A DNA stretch of 64,000 nucleotides from Octopus vulgaris (GCA_951406725.2 OX597815.1:102362001-102426000), one strand, 5' to 3'; positions 26,520-41,214 are shown, counted from the first letter of the stretch. Made by a program: numbers and translations. The notes: generated from the sequence alone by a model not told the origin.

Positions 26520-29500
26520 TTGTACGATTCTGATATTTGGAAGTCCTCAACGGTCCACTACCTCCCTAAAGTGTGTGACAGTATCTTCTAGAGTTTGGAT
26601 TGATATTGATATTTTTGCATCATCGGCATAACTCGTTAGTTTGGATGTGTGCACTTAAAACAGGTCGATGATAAATAATAATAGTTCTAGAACCGTTCCC
26701 CGAGGCATACCACTTATTATAGGCGACTTTGCAGACAGAAAAAACTATTTGCAGCAACGGATTTCTCCTACCATGTAGAGAGTCAAAGAGCCATCCTCTG
26801 AGTTTTCCTGTTTTGCCAAGACCCCTTACTTATGACAGATGATTACAAGAACAATCTTGTTAAATGCCTTGACAAAATCAAAGTATATATAGTCAGTGTC
26901 CTTTCCCCTCAAAAGATTATTGAGAATAGTATTATGCTGCTGTAATAGTTATGAAAGAAAACTTCATCTAGTCCAAAAACCATGCTGTATGTCATCTACG
27001 AGTTTATTTTCCTCAAGGTATGTAATAATTCTATTTCGGACAATGTGTTTGATAATTTTAGATGCGTGAGATGTGAAAGAGGCAGGTCTGTACTTTTTAA
27101 CTTCAGCCCTGTTACCCTCCTTTATGTATAGGTGTTAATATTGTGTCTTTCAGTAATTCTGGGAATTCGCCGGTATCTAGTGACTTTTGAAATAGTATCT
27201 CTAATGGCTTCACGGGACTGTTTTTGCACGATTTCAGCAGGGAGACCATCTGGTCTAGATACTGAGTTTAATTCTAGGTCATTAGTTGTAAGTATAGCAT
27301 CTTCCATATTATCGTTAATTTTCAGATGCCTGTAGTTGACCCTTGCAGTTGAGGATCAAAGAATTCATTTGGCTCATATATTATTTTGTTAACTACAGGT
27401 TGGGAAAATGCCATACCATAATGTCAACTCAAGAATGTGCATATTTGCGATGAGTCATTTTATATGATCCATTTTGATCCATTAGAAAGTCAATCTGGTT
27501 TTGTGTAGTTATCTTTTCTTAGTGGAGGCGCAATGGCCCAGTCGTTAGGGCAGCAGATTCACGGTCGGAGGATCGCGGTTTCGATTCCCAGACCAGGTGT
27601 TGTGTCTGTTTATTGAGCGAAAACACCTAAAGTTCCACGAGGCAGGTGGCGATCCCTGTTTTAATCTTTCGCCCCAACTTTCTCTTACTCTTTCTTCCTG
27701 TTGGACTGGCGATGGACTGGCGTTTCGTCCACAGAAACCGCGAAACCGGGAAACCGGGCCTAGTAGCCTGGCTAGACTTGAAAAGGGCGCATACAAAATT
27801 TTTCTTTAGCAAAGTGGAAAAAAGAACTTAAAAATAGATTTCATATTTTACACTGCTCGTTGTTCCCTTTGCGAAGTTTCTTTTTCATGAGTTTTAGGTC
27901 CAGTTCGATGTTCTTTATCTTTTTCTTCTCAATCGCATCTGTTGAGAGAGTTTGGTTTTTTTAGTTGTTTAGTTGGTTTGGTTCTGTTACACATTAGTAG
28001 CCGTCCATCACGCGGAATCAAGTGCTTGCAAGAACAGGGGAGTTTATATGGGAGACGCTTTTAACAGATTCTGATTTACCCTTTAAACAAAAACTTCATT
28101 CCCTCGTTAACATTGAGGTTCCCAATACGCAGAGATCAATATGTTTTGAGGATTTCAGTTTCGGTATCCATCCACTTGGCCTTCCTGAAATTCAAGTTCA
28201 TGCTGAGTGAGTCATGTATGATGTTATTTGTGTATGTTGCCCTCTTTGATAATTGTATGAGGTTGTGGTCGGAAATAGCTGTGGGAATGACCAGAACATT
28301 GTGAATGATGTCTGTCTTGGTGGTAAAGACTAGGTCGAGTATTTACTTCCCCTAGTTGGATGGGTGACAATTTGTTGCATGAGGAAGTCCTTAGAGGTAT
28401 CACGAAGAGCATTCATATTTCCCCTGTCCAGTTATTTAATATCAGGTTGGATATATCCCTCAGATCAGCTGAGACTCGGAAAATTAAAGACACTGCTAAA
28501 AGTACATTGGCCGGCGGGTGTAGCTCATTTGGGATTTGAATTATGAACGACAAAACTTCTTTGAAGTGAAATCCATAGTTAGCTGCATCAGTAAGAAGTA
28601 GATAATACCTATGATCAAATTGAGGTCAATCACATACATTATTAGTGTATCGCACACTGTGTTGGAGTAGGAGAGGAGGACATCTATTGCCAGGTCTTCT
28701 TTGGATGAAAATCGCTATTTCTCTTTGTTTCCGTATTCTCTGTCAGTTCCGAGCAGCACATAACCTGACATATGTACTTCTGCATCCAATATGTCTGGGG
28801 TCAGGTGCGTTTCACTTAGTGCTACACATATTGCCCTTTCTCACTATATAAGATTTCTCTCACTGTGCAACGTCTCTAAGATATACTTTTGTTTTATTTG
28901 TGAAGTGTGAAAGACCTCGTACATTCGGCATTATTATTGAGTTGAATTTGTCAGTTAATGATAGCAACGGTGTGGTTGTGCACTGGGGTAATAGCAGTGG
29001 TTGGTGCTGTGTGAGAGCTAGAAGTTTTCTTTTTTATATTTCTTTTGCCAGATTCATCATCGCTTTAAAAGAAATTTCTTGCTTTGGGCGGGGTTGTTGT
29101 CTGGAGTTGGTATGGTTGCACTGTTGAATATGGTTATAGTTATACTATTTGCGGCTGTTGATTTTACTATTGTACCCAGTGCCTTCTGGGTTCCGATGAA
29201 AGTCAGGACCACCATACTACTGTCAGGGATGTTTCTACTGTGGATTTGGTAGTGGTTTGTTGTCATGCTTTTACTAATGCATCGGGTCCCTGGAAGATGA
29301 GTGAAGAGGCAGTCACACATCAGACATAATCTTTTGTGTTGGGAATATCAACAGATTTTGGGATTCCGGCTTACAGATGTAGAAGTTATTAAGTGTGATT
29401 TAGCGTTTAATGGTGGTGGTGATTGTAATATGTGTAGTTTGGCGTTGGCTGGTATAGCTTGTTTAAATTGTGCGTCTTGTTCCAGGAAAATGAGTGAAGT

Positions 29501-29950
29501 TACAGTTACTATGTATGCATAGTTTCTCGCTTTGAGAATAACCCCATATTTTGGGGTTTCGTGTGTTCATAATCTAATTTTATTTACAGTTGGCAGATTC
29601 ACCATGGAGTTGTCAGGTATACATTCAGATTGAGGCGGACTGTGGTGGTGGTGTGTGTAGAGTGGAGTGATTCTTTACTAATTGGAGCAGTAGTGGTATT
29701 GGTAGTAGCAGTAGAATAAGGTGACAATTGTGATGATATATCTTTTGTGTAGTTCTCAGAAGAGTTTGAGTACCTGGCTGTGGAGAAGAGCTAGGGACTG
29801 TGTTGTTTAATGAAGGTAATGATGATGAGAGGCCAGTTATGGTATTCCGAGGAAATGAGGAAGTGGATAGCTTGACTGTGGATGGCTCTTGTTTGTGTAG
29901 TTTAAAATCTCATCAATTGTTCCAGTACTGAAGAGTGACTTCCGATGGTG
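26520..29950 (-). mobile_element. Degraded CR1-group LINE (APE + RT), interrupted by a SINE; 5' boundary uncertain
   Basis: Minus strand: ALSETHLTPDILDAEVHMSGY (~28800), ILDLVFT, ISDHNL, SRPDG, QHGF, IYFDFVKAFN, GMPRGTVL, SYADDAK. Confidence 0.85.
27522..27792 (+). mobile_element. SINE family C variant nested in the CR1-group LINE
   Basis: gtggaggcgcaatggcccagtcgttagggcagc...ggtttcgattccc; its tail differs from the 25608 copy. Confidence 0.85.
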
Positions 29951-30284
29951 ATCTTGTTGTTGTTGCTACTGTTTAGTTATGATAAGGGTAGTAACAGTAG
30001 AACATGATGATAATGATGATGATATGTCAGTTGTGGTATTCCGAGGAAATGAGCAAGTGGATAGTGGAACTGTGAAAGGCTCTTGATTGTGGAGTTTAAT
30101 AGTTCATCAATTGTGCTAGTAATGAGAAGTAGCCGTGGTTGTTTATACACGGACAGACAGACAGACAGACACACACATACACACACACACGCACACACAC
30201 ACACACACACATACACTCAAGATGTATAATTTTAATGTTGAGGAAGCTTTAGGTCAGTAATATATCTTTCTAGGAAATTTGTGT

Positions 30285-30332
<48 letters not shown>

Positions 30333-30779
30333 GTGTGTGTGCGTGTGTTCTTTTTATTTTCTTTTGCTCTTTGATCTTATTTTGTGAAGCAACCTTACTT
30401 CAAGCAACTGTTTACAGATCAATTTTTAAACACTATTTTCTAAGCCTAAGAATGGTAAGTAGAGAGTGTAATAATGAATTTTGCAATTCCAGAAAATTTA
30501 GGGGTGTAAGTACACCACCTGCACACCCCTTGTTCTCAGGCCTGTGTATATATATGAAGATATGAAAGTTTTATGTATATATGAAGGCATGTATGTATTA
30601 TCTATACATGAGTCTGTATTTGTGTGTGGTGTGTGTGTGTGGTTTGAGTGAGCGTGTGTGTTCAGTATATGAGGGAAGGTTTTGGAGTATACTCGCCGCA
30701 TAACTACTCCATAATATTTAAAAATAAAAAAATATAAAACAAAACAGAGCAAAAACAATAGATAGCAAGTTTGGTTTTA

Positions 30780-31380
30780 ATTCAGTGTGTGAGAATTCTT
30801 CACAAGACGGACGGACGTGCTGTTTGTACGTTTTAATATGCTTTGAATCAAACACAAAACTAATGCCAAATGGTTACAAATAATTTTATCTGGCAATAAG
30901 GATTGGGATCCGGCTCTTATCTATAGCTTTCATTGCCAATAATAATTTAATAATTATTCTAATGACCCGGACAACGATATTCAATCCAATACTAAGAAAA
31001 CATTGGTAATTATTTATATTAATCAATAGATTTTTACTGTTCATCAGCTGTTGCAAAAGACGATTGTTATATGACTTTAAGTTTGCAGCTGTTGTTAGCT
31101 CATGGTATGTTAGATAATTTAAAAATTTTATTAATTTAGCTTCCATAACAGATTATATAACACAAGTTTATACAAAAAATACAAACAAAATAAAAAAAAC
31201 AACAAAAATAGTGGTAGGAACATGGTAAATATATCGATTTTCAGCAAGAAACTTCGTTGTGATTCTTTAATTTCTAAATGTTTTACTTGTCTTACATGGT
31301 TTTCCAGACGACCCCTTATTTGGAGGTGATTTTTAAAAACTTCGATTTCCCTCCTAATTAGTACGAACAAACAGAAACAT
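30780..31380 (-). pseudogene. Possible highly degraded Penelope-like (RT to GIY-YIG linker) remnant
   Basis: RSFLLKIDIF...TAANLKSYNNRLL...NYQCFLSIGLNIVVRV loosely resembles the PLE linker; judged by eye only. Confidence 0.35.
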
Positions 31381-32359
31381 ATGTTTAAGTATTCTTGGAC
31401 ATACATACATTCACACACACGCACAGACACGCACCCAGAGAGAGAGAGAGAGAGAGACACACACACACACACACACAGTCACAGATACTGACAGACACAC
31501 AGACACACACTTACATACACACATGCATACGGACACACACTCTCACACACACACAAACAAACACGTGTATGTGTGTATGAATATTCTCTTCTATTTTTAA
31601 TTATTTGCAGTTTTCCAGTTTAGAAGGAACTGCTTTCTAACAAGATACAATCTTACAGATTGTATTAACATTGTGCGTGTTAGCCGTTGCGTGTGTGTAT
31701 GTATGTATATGTGTGTATGTATGTATGTATGTATGTATGTATGTATGTATGTATGTATGTATGTATTGTATGTATGCGTGTATGTATGTGCGTGTGTATG
31801 TATGTATGTATGTATGTATGTATGTATGTATGTATGCGTGTGTTGCTATATATGTATATATATATAATTCAAACAAATTGCATATCGGATGCTAGCAATT
31901 TTATGAGGTCATCAGGAGAGAATGTGCGCCGTTTCGGAGCCTTCCTCTCAATGGCATCATTGTGCACCGAGCCCCTTTTGAAATGAGGCCCCGTTTGCTA
32001 GATCAACTGTTTATTAGGTTTCGCTCAATATTTTTCTCGCCATTGCTCATTGTCTCTTTTGAACCAAATCCAGTGGCTTCCATTTTCCACTGCAATCTAG
32101 ATATCTCTCATGGTAGTATTTGTTTTACGATGAATTAGAACTAGCTACAACAATAGTCGCCTCACGCTGTATCCAACGAATACTGTACATCCGACTTCGA
32201 TTGGAAAATGCGCTACTTTCTAGCCTGCATCTTCATATTCCTCGAGGAGGTTTTCATAAGGGTCAATCCTTCGAGCCCGAGCAGCATCCATGTTATCTTC
32301 ACGAGGAACCGTTAACTCAATAGATTAACCACTTTGTTTCTTTTGCTGTATATGTATAT

Positions 32360-32745
32360 GTTCTTTTAGCTGTTTCAATGATTAAAATGTGGATATGCTG
32401 GTGCGTCACCTTCATGAAATTTTAGTTGAATGAATCGATTTCAGCACTTATGTTCTTTCTTTTCAGCTAGAGATATATTTTATAGGTCTATTTTGCCGAA
32501 TGGCTGAGTTATGAGAACGTAAACACCAAGTGTCAAGCGATAATGTGAGTCAAACATAGATACAAAGACACAAGCACGCACATGCGCGCGCGCGCACACA
32601 CTTACGTATACAACGGGATTCTTTCAATTTCCATCTGTCAAATCCACTCACAGGTCTTGTGTCGGCGCGAAGCTATTGTAGAAGCACCAGCCCAAGGTGC
32701 CACGCAATGGGATTGAATTCGAAACCATGTGTTTGGAAGTAAACT
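32360..32745 (-). mobile_element. SINE family A, degraded
   Basis: caaatccactcacagg...cccaaggtgccacgcaatgggattgaattcgaaaccatgtg. Confidence 0.8.
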
Positions 32746-32751
32746 TCATAT

Positions 32752-32961
32752 TCTTTACTTCTCTAGGCACAAGGCCCGAAATTTTGGGGGAGGGACTAGC
32801 CGATTAGATCGACCCCAGTATACAACTGATACTTAATTTATCGACCCCGAAAGGATGAGAGGCAAAGTCGACCTCGGCGGAATTTGAACTCAGAACGTAA
32901 AGACAAACGAAATATCGCTATTTCGACCGGCGTGTTAATGTATCTGCCAGCTTGTCGCCTT
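32752..32961 (-). mobile_element. SINE family B
   Basis: tttatcgaccccgaaaggatgagaggcaaagtcgacctcggcggaatttgaactc. Confidence 0.9.
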
Positions 32962-33001
32962 AAAGCAAATTTCATATTACACAATCATGTATGTTATATA
33001 A

Positions 33002-34779
33002 TCTCTATATCTATAAAACTGAGAATGTGTGTCTGTCTGTCTGTCTGTCTGTCTGTTTCCCTAAAACCTGAGAACTACACAACCAATTTCATTCAAATTT
33101 TACACATGCCTTACTTAGGATCCGGGGAGTGTCATCGGCAAAAAATGTTCAACTTTTTGCCTAAGGCGAGCCCACAGCAATATCATATCTTCTCCACTAC
33201 GATTCCCTAAAACTTGAGAACTACACAACCAATTTCATTCAAATTTTACACATGCCTTACTTAGGGTCCATGCAGTTTCATGGGCAAAAAAATGTTCAAC
33301 TTCTTGCCTAGGGCGAGCCCATAGCAATATCATATCTTCTCCACTATTTCAGTATTACGTGTTAAAAGTGAAACAAAAACATTTCTCTATTTTATGTCAG
33401 ATACTTTCACTTTAACAATAAAAATTAGAGATAATAATAACAATTGAATTATATGTAGTAAGTAATAATTAAAATCAAACTAAAGTATAATATAATCGTA
33501 ACATAACAAAAGTAAAAATAGCAATTGGTATAAAATTGCATCAATGACTTGAACTTGAATAAGTGGTTTCACATGAATGGGAATAAATTAAAAATAAAAT
33601 TAGTGTGCAGAAATGGAATAGTCCAGATGGAGCTGTGCACATACCGTTTACCACGGCTTTTACATTAGATTATCTGCTAATTAGCTAGCATTAAGTATCT
33701 ATATGAAGTTTGGCTGTATGTAATGTCTGTTTTCTCGAACAGCCGCTTCTACTGAGTACTGCTGTTGGTTTATTTCTTATACATAAAGGACTATAGCTTC
33801 AACTGCGTACTGCTTTTTGATTCACCGTAAGGTTTGTTGTTATTATTATTACTGTTTAACTATTGTTATCACGTTTGTTGGTTCCTCGTAAGGGAAACGT
33901 TGTTGTGTTGCATTTGTTAAATAATTGTAAACTGTAACCCCCCCTTTGGGAGAAGGAGCTTTGGTTATTGTTTAAAAATTGAATTGTGTCCCTGTTTGGG
34001 GAAATTGACAATATTTTCACCGTTTATACGGAAGCATTTTTGTTAGAATGCCTTCGATAGAAGAAAGTCCAAAAATGAATTTCGCTGCAGCCGTCGGCGG
34101 GCGCGAACTCATTAAAATTAAAATGGAAGAAATACAAACCTATTTCGGATTGATCACCGACAAAGACGGTGAATCTAGGATAACACCACCAAACGAAATA
34201 AAAAATTAAATTAAAGAAAAGACTATTGTCTATAAAGTATACAATGTAGAGAAAAAAAGATTTGAACACCTGGAGGAAAGCACCATCGAAAAGTGTCTTG
34301 GTGCGACTATGAAAGATATCTAACCAGAGGCGGTAAATTCGCCACAATAGAAGCAAGGTTCGAGTCAACGGAGCGTGCAAGGGAGTACTCGACTCGAACC
34401 TTGCAAAGTGGAAATATTTTATTTTTACCTTTATATCTGGGACGTAGGACGTCCCGGATAAAAATTTAAAATGTCCCCCCAGAAGTAGAGGTAGGCTGGA
34501 TTGTAGCCACACTTCTATACAAGAGGGGGACAAGATACAATTGCTCGAAATTGCAAGATTGACTAGCGATGTCAAGATATACAATTCCAGTCTGTTGTAT
34601 ATTTTGAGTATTGTTATCACTAAGCATACATACATACAAGATATAACTTTGTATTTTGTATTTTATGACCCGGCAACGACGGGTGTAGATGTATATATAT
34701 AGATGTACATGTAATATGTACACATATATATACACATATATACATGCACTTAGCATCTTTATGACCCGGCAACGACGGG

Positions 34780-34782
<3 letters not shown>
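33002..34782 (+). mobile_element. Putative non-autonomous Helitron; internal continuity not certain
   Basis: Starts A|TCtctatatctataaa followed by (GTCT)n; ~145-bp tandem duplication at 33057-33347; GC hairpin acccg-gcaacga-cgggt near the 3' end, present twice. Confidence 0.5.
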
Positions 34783-34835
<53 letters not shown>

Positions 34836-35050
34836 GGGCGGCGAGCTGGTAGAAACGTTAGCACGCCGGGCGAAATTCGTAGCGGTATTTCGTCGGTCGT
34901 TACGTTCCGAGTTCAAATTCCGCCGAGGTCGACTTTGCCTCTCATCATTTCGGGGTCGATAAATTAAGTACCAGATGTAATCGACTTAATCCCTTTTTCT
35001 GTCGTTGTTTGTCCCCGCTATGTTTAGCCCGTTGTGGGTAGTAAAGAAAT
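34836..35050 (+). mobile_element. SINE family B
   Basis: ggcggcgagctggtagaaacgttagc...gagttcaaattcc...ggggtcgataaattaagtacc. Confidence 0.9.
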
Positions 35051-35625
35051 ATATATATATATATGCGTGCGCATTTGTGTGTGTGTGTGTTTGTGTGTGT
35101 GTTTGTGTGTCTGTATGAGGAAATAAAATGATAAAAGAAGAGTAGGAATGTAAATAGATTGGTAGAAAGCTGTATAGTTAGCGAGAAAGCGTTAGCACTT
35201 AATAATCATTACATTAGTATCAACTTATATTCGCCTGGAAAAAAAACAAAAACAACAAAAACGAGAAAAAATACTGACATATAAGAATTATGTTCAATTT
35301 ATTGATTACATATTTATATCTCCCCATCTCTACGTGTGTATTCTGTATATATTTTCTAATGGAAGAAATATAAACTTGTTAGTAAATGTTTGCTCACGAA
35401 AATATTCGCACACACAAACACACACACACGCACACACACACATACACACTCACACACACATACTTATTTAACCTCAGATTTAGCGAAATAGTTATGTATA
35501 TATGAATATGTATGGTCGTGAACACATACATACAACCATGTGTGTGTGTGTGTGTGTGTCTAAGTGTATATATGTGTGCGAATTTGTTTAAATGCATATA
35601 ATATATATGTATATATGTACATATA

Positions 35626-35855
35626 AGGCGGCGAGCTGGCAGAAACGTTAGCACGCCGGGCGAAATGCTTAGCGATATTTCGTCTGCCGTTACGTTCTGA
35701 GTTCAAATTCCGCCCTGGTCGACTTTGCCTTTCATCCTTTCGGGGTCGATAAATTAAGTATCAGTTACGCACTGGGGTCGATGTAATCGACTTAATCCGT
35801 TTGTCTGTCCTTGTTTGTCCCCTCTGTGTTTAGCCCCTTGTGGGTAGTAAAGAAA
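35626..35855 (+). mobile_element. SINE family B, full length
   Basis: Same head, domain gcctttcatcctttcggggtcgataaattaag, tail gccccttgtgggtagtaaagaaata. Confidence 0.92.
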
Positions 35856-35892
35856 TATATATGTGTGTATATATATATCATATGTATAGTAG

Positions 35893-35943
<51 letters not shown>

Positions 35944-36225
35944 GCATATATATATATATATGTTATATATATATGTATTATATATGTATGTATGCATGTA
36001 CGTATGTATGTATTTAGACATAGCGAAGGGGTCATGATTCACCAAATCCTGAATTTGAATCCATGCAATGCACATGTACACAGATTGAAGCTGTTGGTAC
36101 ACACATACCCACATACACTCGCATGCATACACCCACAAACACACGCATTTTTGTGTCTGTATGTATGGTTGTCTCTATTTATATATCTATATTTGTATAC
36201 GTTTGTATTCATGCCCGTAAGTATG

Positions 36226-36271
<46 letters not shown>

Positions 36272-36990
36272 ACTTACATATATACATACATAAGATATAT
36301 AATTGTATGCTTGCTTTCGTATTTCAATTCGTTTATTAAATATAACAATTCATGAACGGATCCCATGACATTTTAGCACGCTGATGCTGACTGGCAAACT
36401 TAACTAATTAAGCTTACTACTCTAAGAGATGTTCTGGCTAATGTAATATTCTCCACTAAAAACACAGATATACAGATAAATAATTCCCAAGTTGTGTAGC
36501 TTCTCACGCTGGCCAAGGAATGATATGAGAAGCAGAATATTCTAACAAGTGTCACTGATCTTTCGTGGTTGCGTCGTCTTATAATCTGATTGTCTTGTCA
36601 TGTGTTCGCAAACGAAATCTCTCATCTTAAAACCTAATGCAAGAACTTCGGCATAAGATTGCAATGCAACATCCGGTGAATAACACGCATGAAATATATT
36701 ATATTGTAGATTCCTAAATTGGTAGCAGCTACATACAGCGCAACTAGTTTATTGTTACTTGTGTGTGTGTCTTATACACAATTTTCGTGAATGTTTATGT
36801 ATATTTTATACATTATTTGATTGATATTTATGTATGACTTATGAGTTATTTCTGTTTTGCATTGTTTGCGTTAGGTTAGACCAGAATTTTATGAATATTC
36901 ATTGTATGCGACCATATATATTATGTGTATGTATGTATGTATCTATATATCTATCTATCTACATGTAAGTTCATGTGTGTGTGTGTATGC

Positions 36991-37042
<52 letters not shown>

Positions 37043-37843
37043 GCACGCACATATATGTAAATTTGTTTAATAATAAGTGACTGTGGTACGGTCAGTTCTG
37101 TTACTTCCATGAAAACTGATTCCTCTTTCCTGTAAGAGTATCTCAGTAAAATAAATTCATAATGCTCTCTGCTTGATGTAATGAGTAACTTACATTCACT
37201 GAATGTCCTTCTATTACTAACTGATTCCAGTTTTTAGAGTAAAGTTTTATAGTGAAAATTGGTAGGATGAAAGTTTCACAGAGGTTAATGATTTCATCTC
37301 AGGCTGCGAATCGCCAAACAATAAACGAATTTAGAAAATGGCCGTTGTGTTTACACGTGTTGGATATGGCATCGCGTGTTTGGATTTTGTAAGATACAGC
37401 TGCCAGAAATCTTGTCTCTATTTTCTCAGAGCTTTACATGTAAAAGCAAGTGCTTGTGTATTTTTTATGGAGTTGGTCCGTACATTAATTTGGACAACAA
37501 AGAATTTTGGTCGTAAAAGCAGTGATTTAATTGCATTAGGTTCTTTGGTCAGTCTTTACCTTAGAATATTAATTTTGTTACTTATAGGAATAAGAATGAG
37601 AAAAATCCTATTATTGAAGATGAATTTAAGTACTTTTGCTTGAAAGTCAATTAGGATCATTGAATGATGTATAATGGAATTGTAGATTAGTTAGTGAAGT
37701 AGTTTTCTATGGAGCCAGGTTGTGTGAATCCACTCATAGACAAATATTGCATGCATTCATGGACATAGTACATAGCATTCATAAAAATGTGCATGAATAT
37801 GCGTCTGTATGTTTGTCTGTCCCTGTCCTTCTCTATCTCTCTC

Positions 37844-37924
<81 letters not shown>

Positions 37925-37929
<5 letters not shown>

Positions 37930-38133
37930 ATCCAAAAATGAAAGCACAAAAAAACACAACAACGCGAGGACGTGGAACAAATATAGTATTATTGGACGCT
38001 CAGGAAAGAAGGAAAGAAGGAGGGTTTAACGTTTTGAGCGGAGCTCTTCGTCGGAAACATAGGAGACGGAAAGATTCAGAGAAGGGAAGACAGGGGAAAA
38101 AAATCGTCAACGGTACACACGGGGTCACATTTT
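37925..38133 (-). mobile_element. ~210-bp Penelope-pLTR-like repeat next to (TA)n, with a mutated hammerhead
   Basis: Closely similar to 61716-61925; core reads CCGACGA...AAAAcgtt, i.e. two core substitutions. Confidence 0.65.
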
Positions 38134-38445
38134 AAGAGCAAAACGCCCCCCGTCCAATGGACGGTTCTGAGTTGTCAAACATTTAAACCAGATTTTCTCA
38201 AAACAACTTGTCCGACCGTCCCATAGGCCTCCACTTTAGGAAACACTGATTTTACCTAGATTTGAGACACCAGCAAAAGAAGAAATAAAGATAGACTTTT
38301 TTCTATTCCAAAGAATCGATTTTTGTAACTTTTTCAAGACTTATACACGCCCTGATACCGTCGGTATCTACATATCTAATCTGAGCGCAATCGGATGGAA
38401 GATGCCCGAGATCCTAGAAGACACACATACGGACAGACAGAACGG

Positions 38446-38450
<5 letters not shown>
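38134..38450 (-). mobile_element. Non-autonomous Helitron-like element (copy 2, different interior)
   Basis: Ends shared with 15244-15770 (ccgtccaatggacgg hairpin; gacttatacacgccctgataccgtc...cggattt). Confidence 0.65.
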
Positions 38451-38522
<72 letters not shown>

Positions 38523-38524
38523 CA

Positions 38525-38757
38525 ACAGCTGGCACTCCAAAGGTTCTAACTGATGCGATCAACGAAACAGCTTGCTCATGAGGTTTACGTGCAAGTGGCT
38601 GAGCACCCCACAGACACGTGTACCCTTAACGTAGATCTCAGTGATACAGATTCTGACAAGGCGAGTCGTTTGAAATACTGCCAGCTGAATGGCCTGGACC
38701 AACGTGAAACACAGTATCTTACTCATGGACACAACGCGCCGCCGGGAATCGAATTCC
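38525..38757 (-). mobile_element. CORE-like SINE fragment
   Basis: acgtgcaagtggctgagcac...tacccttaacgtag...ctcatggacacaacgcgccgccgggaatcgaa. Confidence 0.75.
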
Positions 38758-38825
38758 TGATATATATATATATATGATAATCATAATACTAACATAAGAT
38801 GGACGAAGGAACTATATTTCTTGTA

Positions 38826-40110
38826 TTGTATCATCCCATAAATATTGCGGTTTTTTTAATACTTCTTTTATTTTTGAAAATCAAGATAAACAGATTTCTT
38901 TTTTAATCTAAAATATATCCTCCTTCATTTTCTACAATACCCTTCCATTTATCTGATAGACTTGCAAGACCCCTCTTCCAAATTTCACTTGTCCGTGATA
39001 AAAAGTACTCCTCCAGTACTGTTCTGACCTCGTCTACTGAATTCATATTTTTTTCCCAATGATTTTGAAGACTGCAGAATGAATGATAATCAGGTGGGGG
39101 TAATGTCCGGCGAATATTGTGGGTGGTGCATCGTTTCCCATTTAAACTACTCCAGCCTTTGTAAAGTCATCCTCGCTGTATGTGGCCGAGCATTATCCTG
39201 ATGGAAGAACACCTTTCGCCTTGAAAACAAAGATCTTCGTTTTTCTTCTAGCGCTTACTTAAGTCGCTCGAGCTACTTTCAGTAGATCCGTGTTATCGTT
39301 TGGTTTGGGTTTAAAAGTTCAAAGTGAACTAAACCTTTCATATCCCACCAAACAGATTGCAACAACTTAAGTGGGTGAAGACTTTCTTTAGCCTGAGGTA
39401 CCGGTGTTTGTCCTTTTCCTACACAATGTCTTCGCCGCTTGACATTTTTATAGGGAACCCATTTCTCATCACCTGTCTCTGTTTTGTCCAAAAAGATTCA
39501 TTCGTGTGACATGACAGTAAAGAAGAGCACACATTCATTTTGTGCGCGCGATTAGACTCGGAAAGTTTGTGAGGGTCCCATTGATCCTATTTGCTGACTT
39601 TTTCGATTACACGCAGGTGTCGAAGAATGGTTGAATAACCAAATCCAAGCTTCTCTGCTAGTTCCTCAACAGTTACGATGGGATTTTGTTCCACCAGGGT
39701 TTGCAGGACGCCCTCGTCGAGCTCTGCAGATCTTCCAGGACGAGGCTTGTTTTTTACACTGTAGTTTCCAGCTCGGAATCTCTAGAACCACCATCGACAC
39801 TGGCTTTCGCTTATTGTCCGATCCCCATATACTGCATTAATATTCTTCGCACATTCCGTTGCGTTGTTGCCTTTATTGAACTCATAATGCAAAATATGCC
39901 GAATATGCCCCTTTGTCACTTCCATTATATCTTGGAAAAAAATAACTGTTAAAATCGGACCGTGCTCTTCAAAATTTTCACTAAGAATAAGTAAAAAAGT
40001 AAAATTACTACCTGCTTTTATAGCAAGTTGATGCAGGTAGTTTATTCCGGTCCTTTCCGAATTTTAATTCATGCAATTGAAAAAACCGCATTATTTATGA
40101 GATGACCCAA
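38826..40110 (-). mobile_element. Full-length (~1285 bp) mariner with TIRs and TA flanks; transposase disrupted
   Basis: Left ttgtatcatcccataaatattgcggtt vs right aaccgcattatttatgagatgacccaa; motifs TGDEKWV, LHPLK..SVWWDMKG, FHQDNARPH, YSPDITPPDYHSF. Confidence 0.93.
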
Positions 40111-40126
40111 TATAATTACAATACTA

Positions 40127-40422
40127 GTGAAGGTGCGTGGCTAAGTGGTTAAGGTATTCAGCTCAAGATCGTAAAGCTTGGATTCAATTCTTTGCGATGT
40201 GTTGTGTCCTTGAGCAAATCACTTTATTTCATGTTGCTCCAGTCCACTCAGCTGAAAATAAAGAGTAATACCGTATTTCAACGGTCCAGCCTGCGATAAA
40301 GCTGAGACGAAGTAAAGGGTACCGTGTCTGTAGAGTACTCAGTCACTTGCACGTAAATTTCACATGCAACCTGTTCTGTTGATCGAATCAGCTGGAACCC
40401 TCGTCATCGAAACGGAGTACCA
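40127..40422 (+). mobile_element. tRNA-derived CORE-like SINE
   Basis: tggctaagtggttaagg...ggattcaattc...gttgtgtccttgagcaaatcactttatttc. Confidence 0.85.
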
Positions 40423-40427
40423 GTTTA

Positions 40428-40516
<89 letters not shown>

Positions 40517-40632
40517 GTCTGTTTGTCTGTACACTGGCACATGTATCATAAATCCTATCTGACCGAGTATTCAAGCTCATTTAAATTTGATGAAACTTAT
40601 AAGTGCAAGTGATTTTGTTTCCGGTTGGTCAA

Positions 40633-40719
<87 letters not shown>

Positions 40720-41214
40720 ACATGCTCTCCCGCATTTTATCAGGTGTCAAAATTCGCCATAACTCAATGATATAGAGATGGTAAGGATACTTAACGCTTG
40801 ATGTCTTCCTACAGCGCAGGCAAGTATATATCATCAGAGAAGACTTCTAAATGTGTGGATGCTTGCTCTATGTGTACAGAAATTCCAGAAATAAGATGGT
40901 CGAAGAAACAGTGGGGATAGATACGATGATAATCATAATACTAATAAATATGATAGTAACTAAACTTCTAGTAATAATTATAATGCTACTGGATAAAAGA
41001 TAAAATGATAACATTAAATACGAATTCCTTCTTCATAAATTACGTTCCAGGCATATATTTCCACACCTATATGTAATACTTTATAACATGTAGACCAACA
41101 TACAACACTCTTTTATCTATTATATTTGAAATACCTTCCAGCATTTAATTTTTGCTATTTATTTTAACCCAGCCATCCAGCTCCCTATGTAGAGATCATT
41201 TTATTTCAATTCCT

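Noticed and set aside
34660-34782. Spaced 24-bp direct repeats as a CRISPR-like array
   Set aside because: Only two units, eukaryotic context, no cas genes; better explained as Helitron end hairpins
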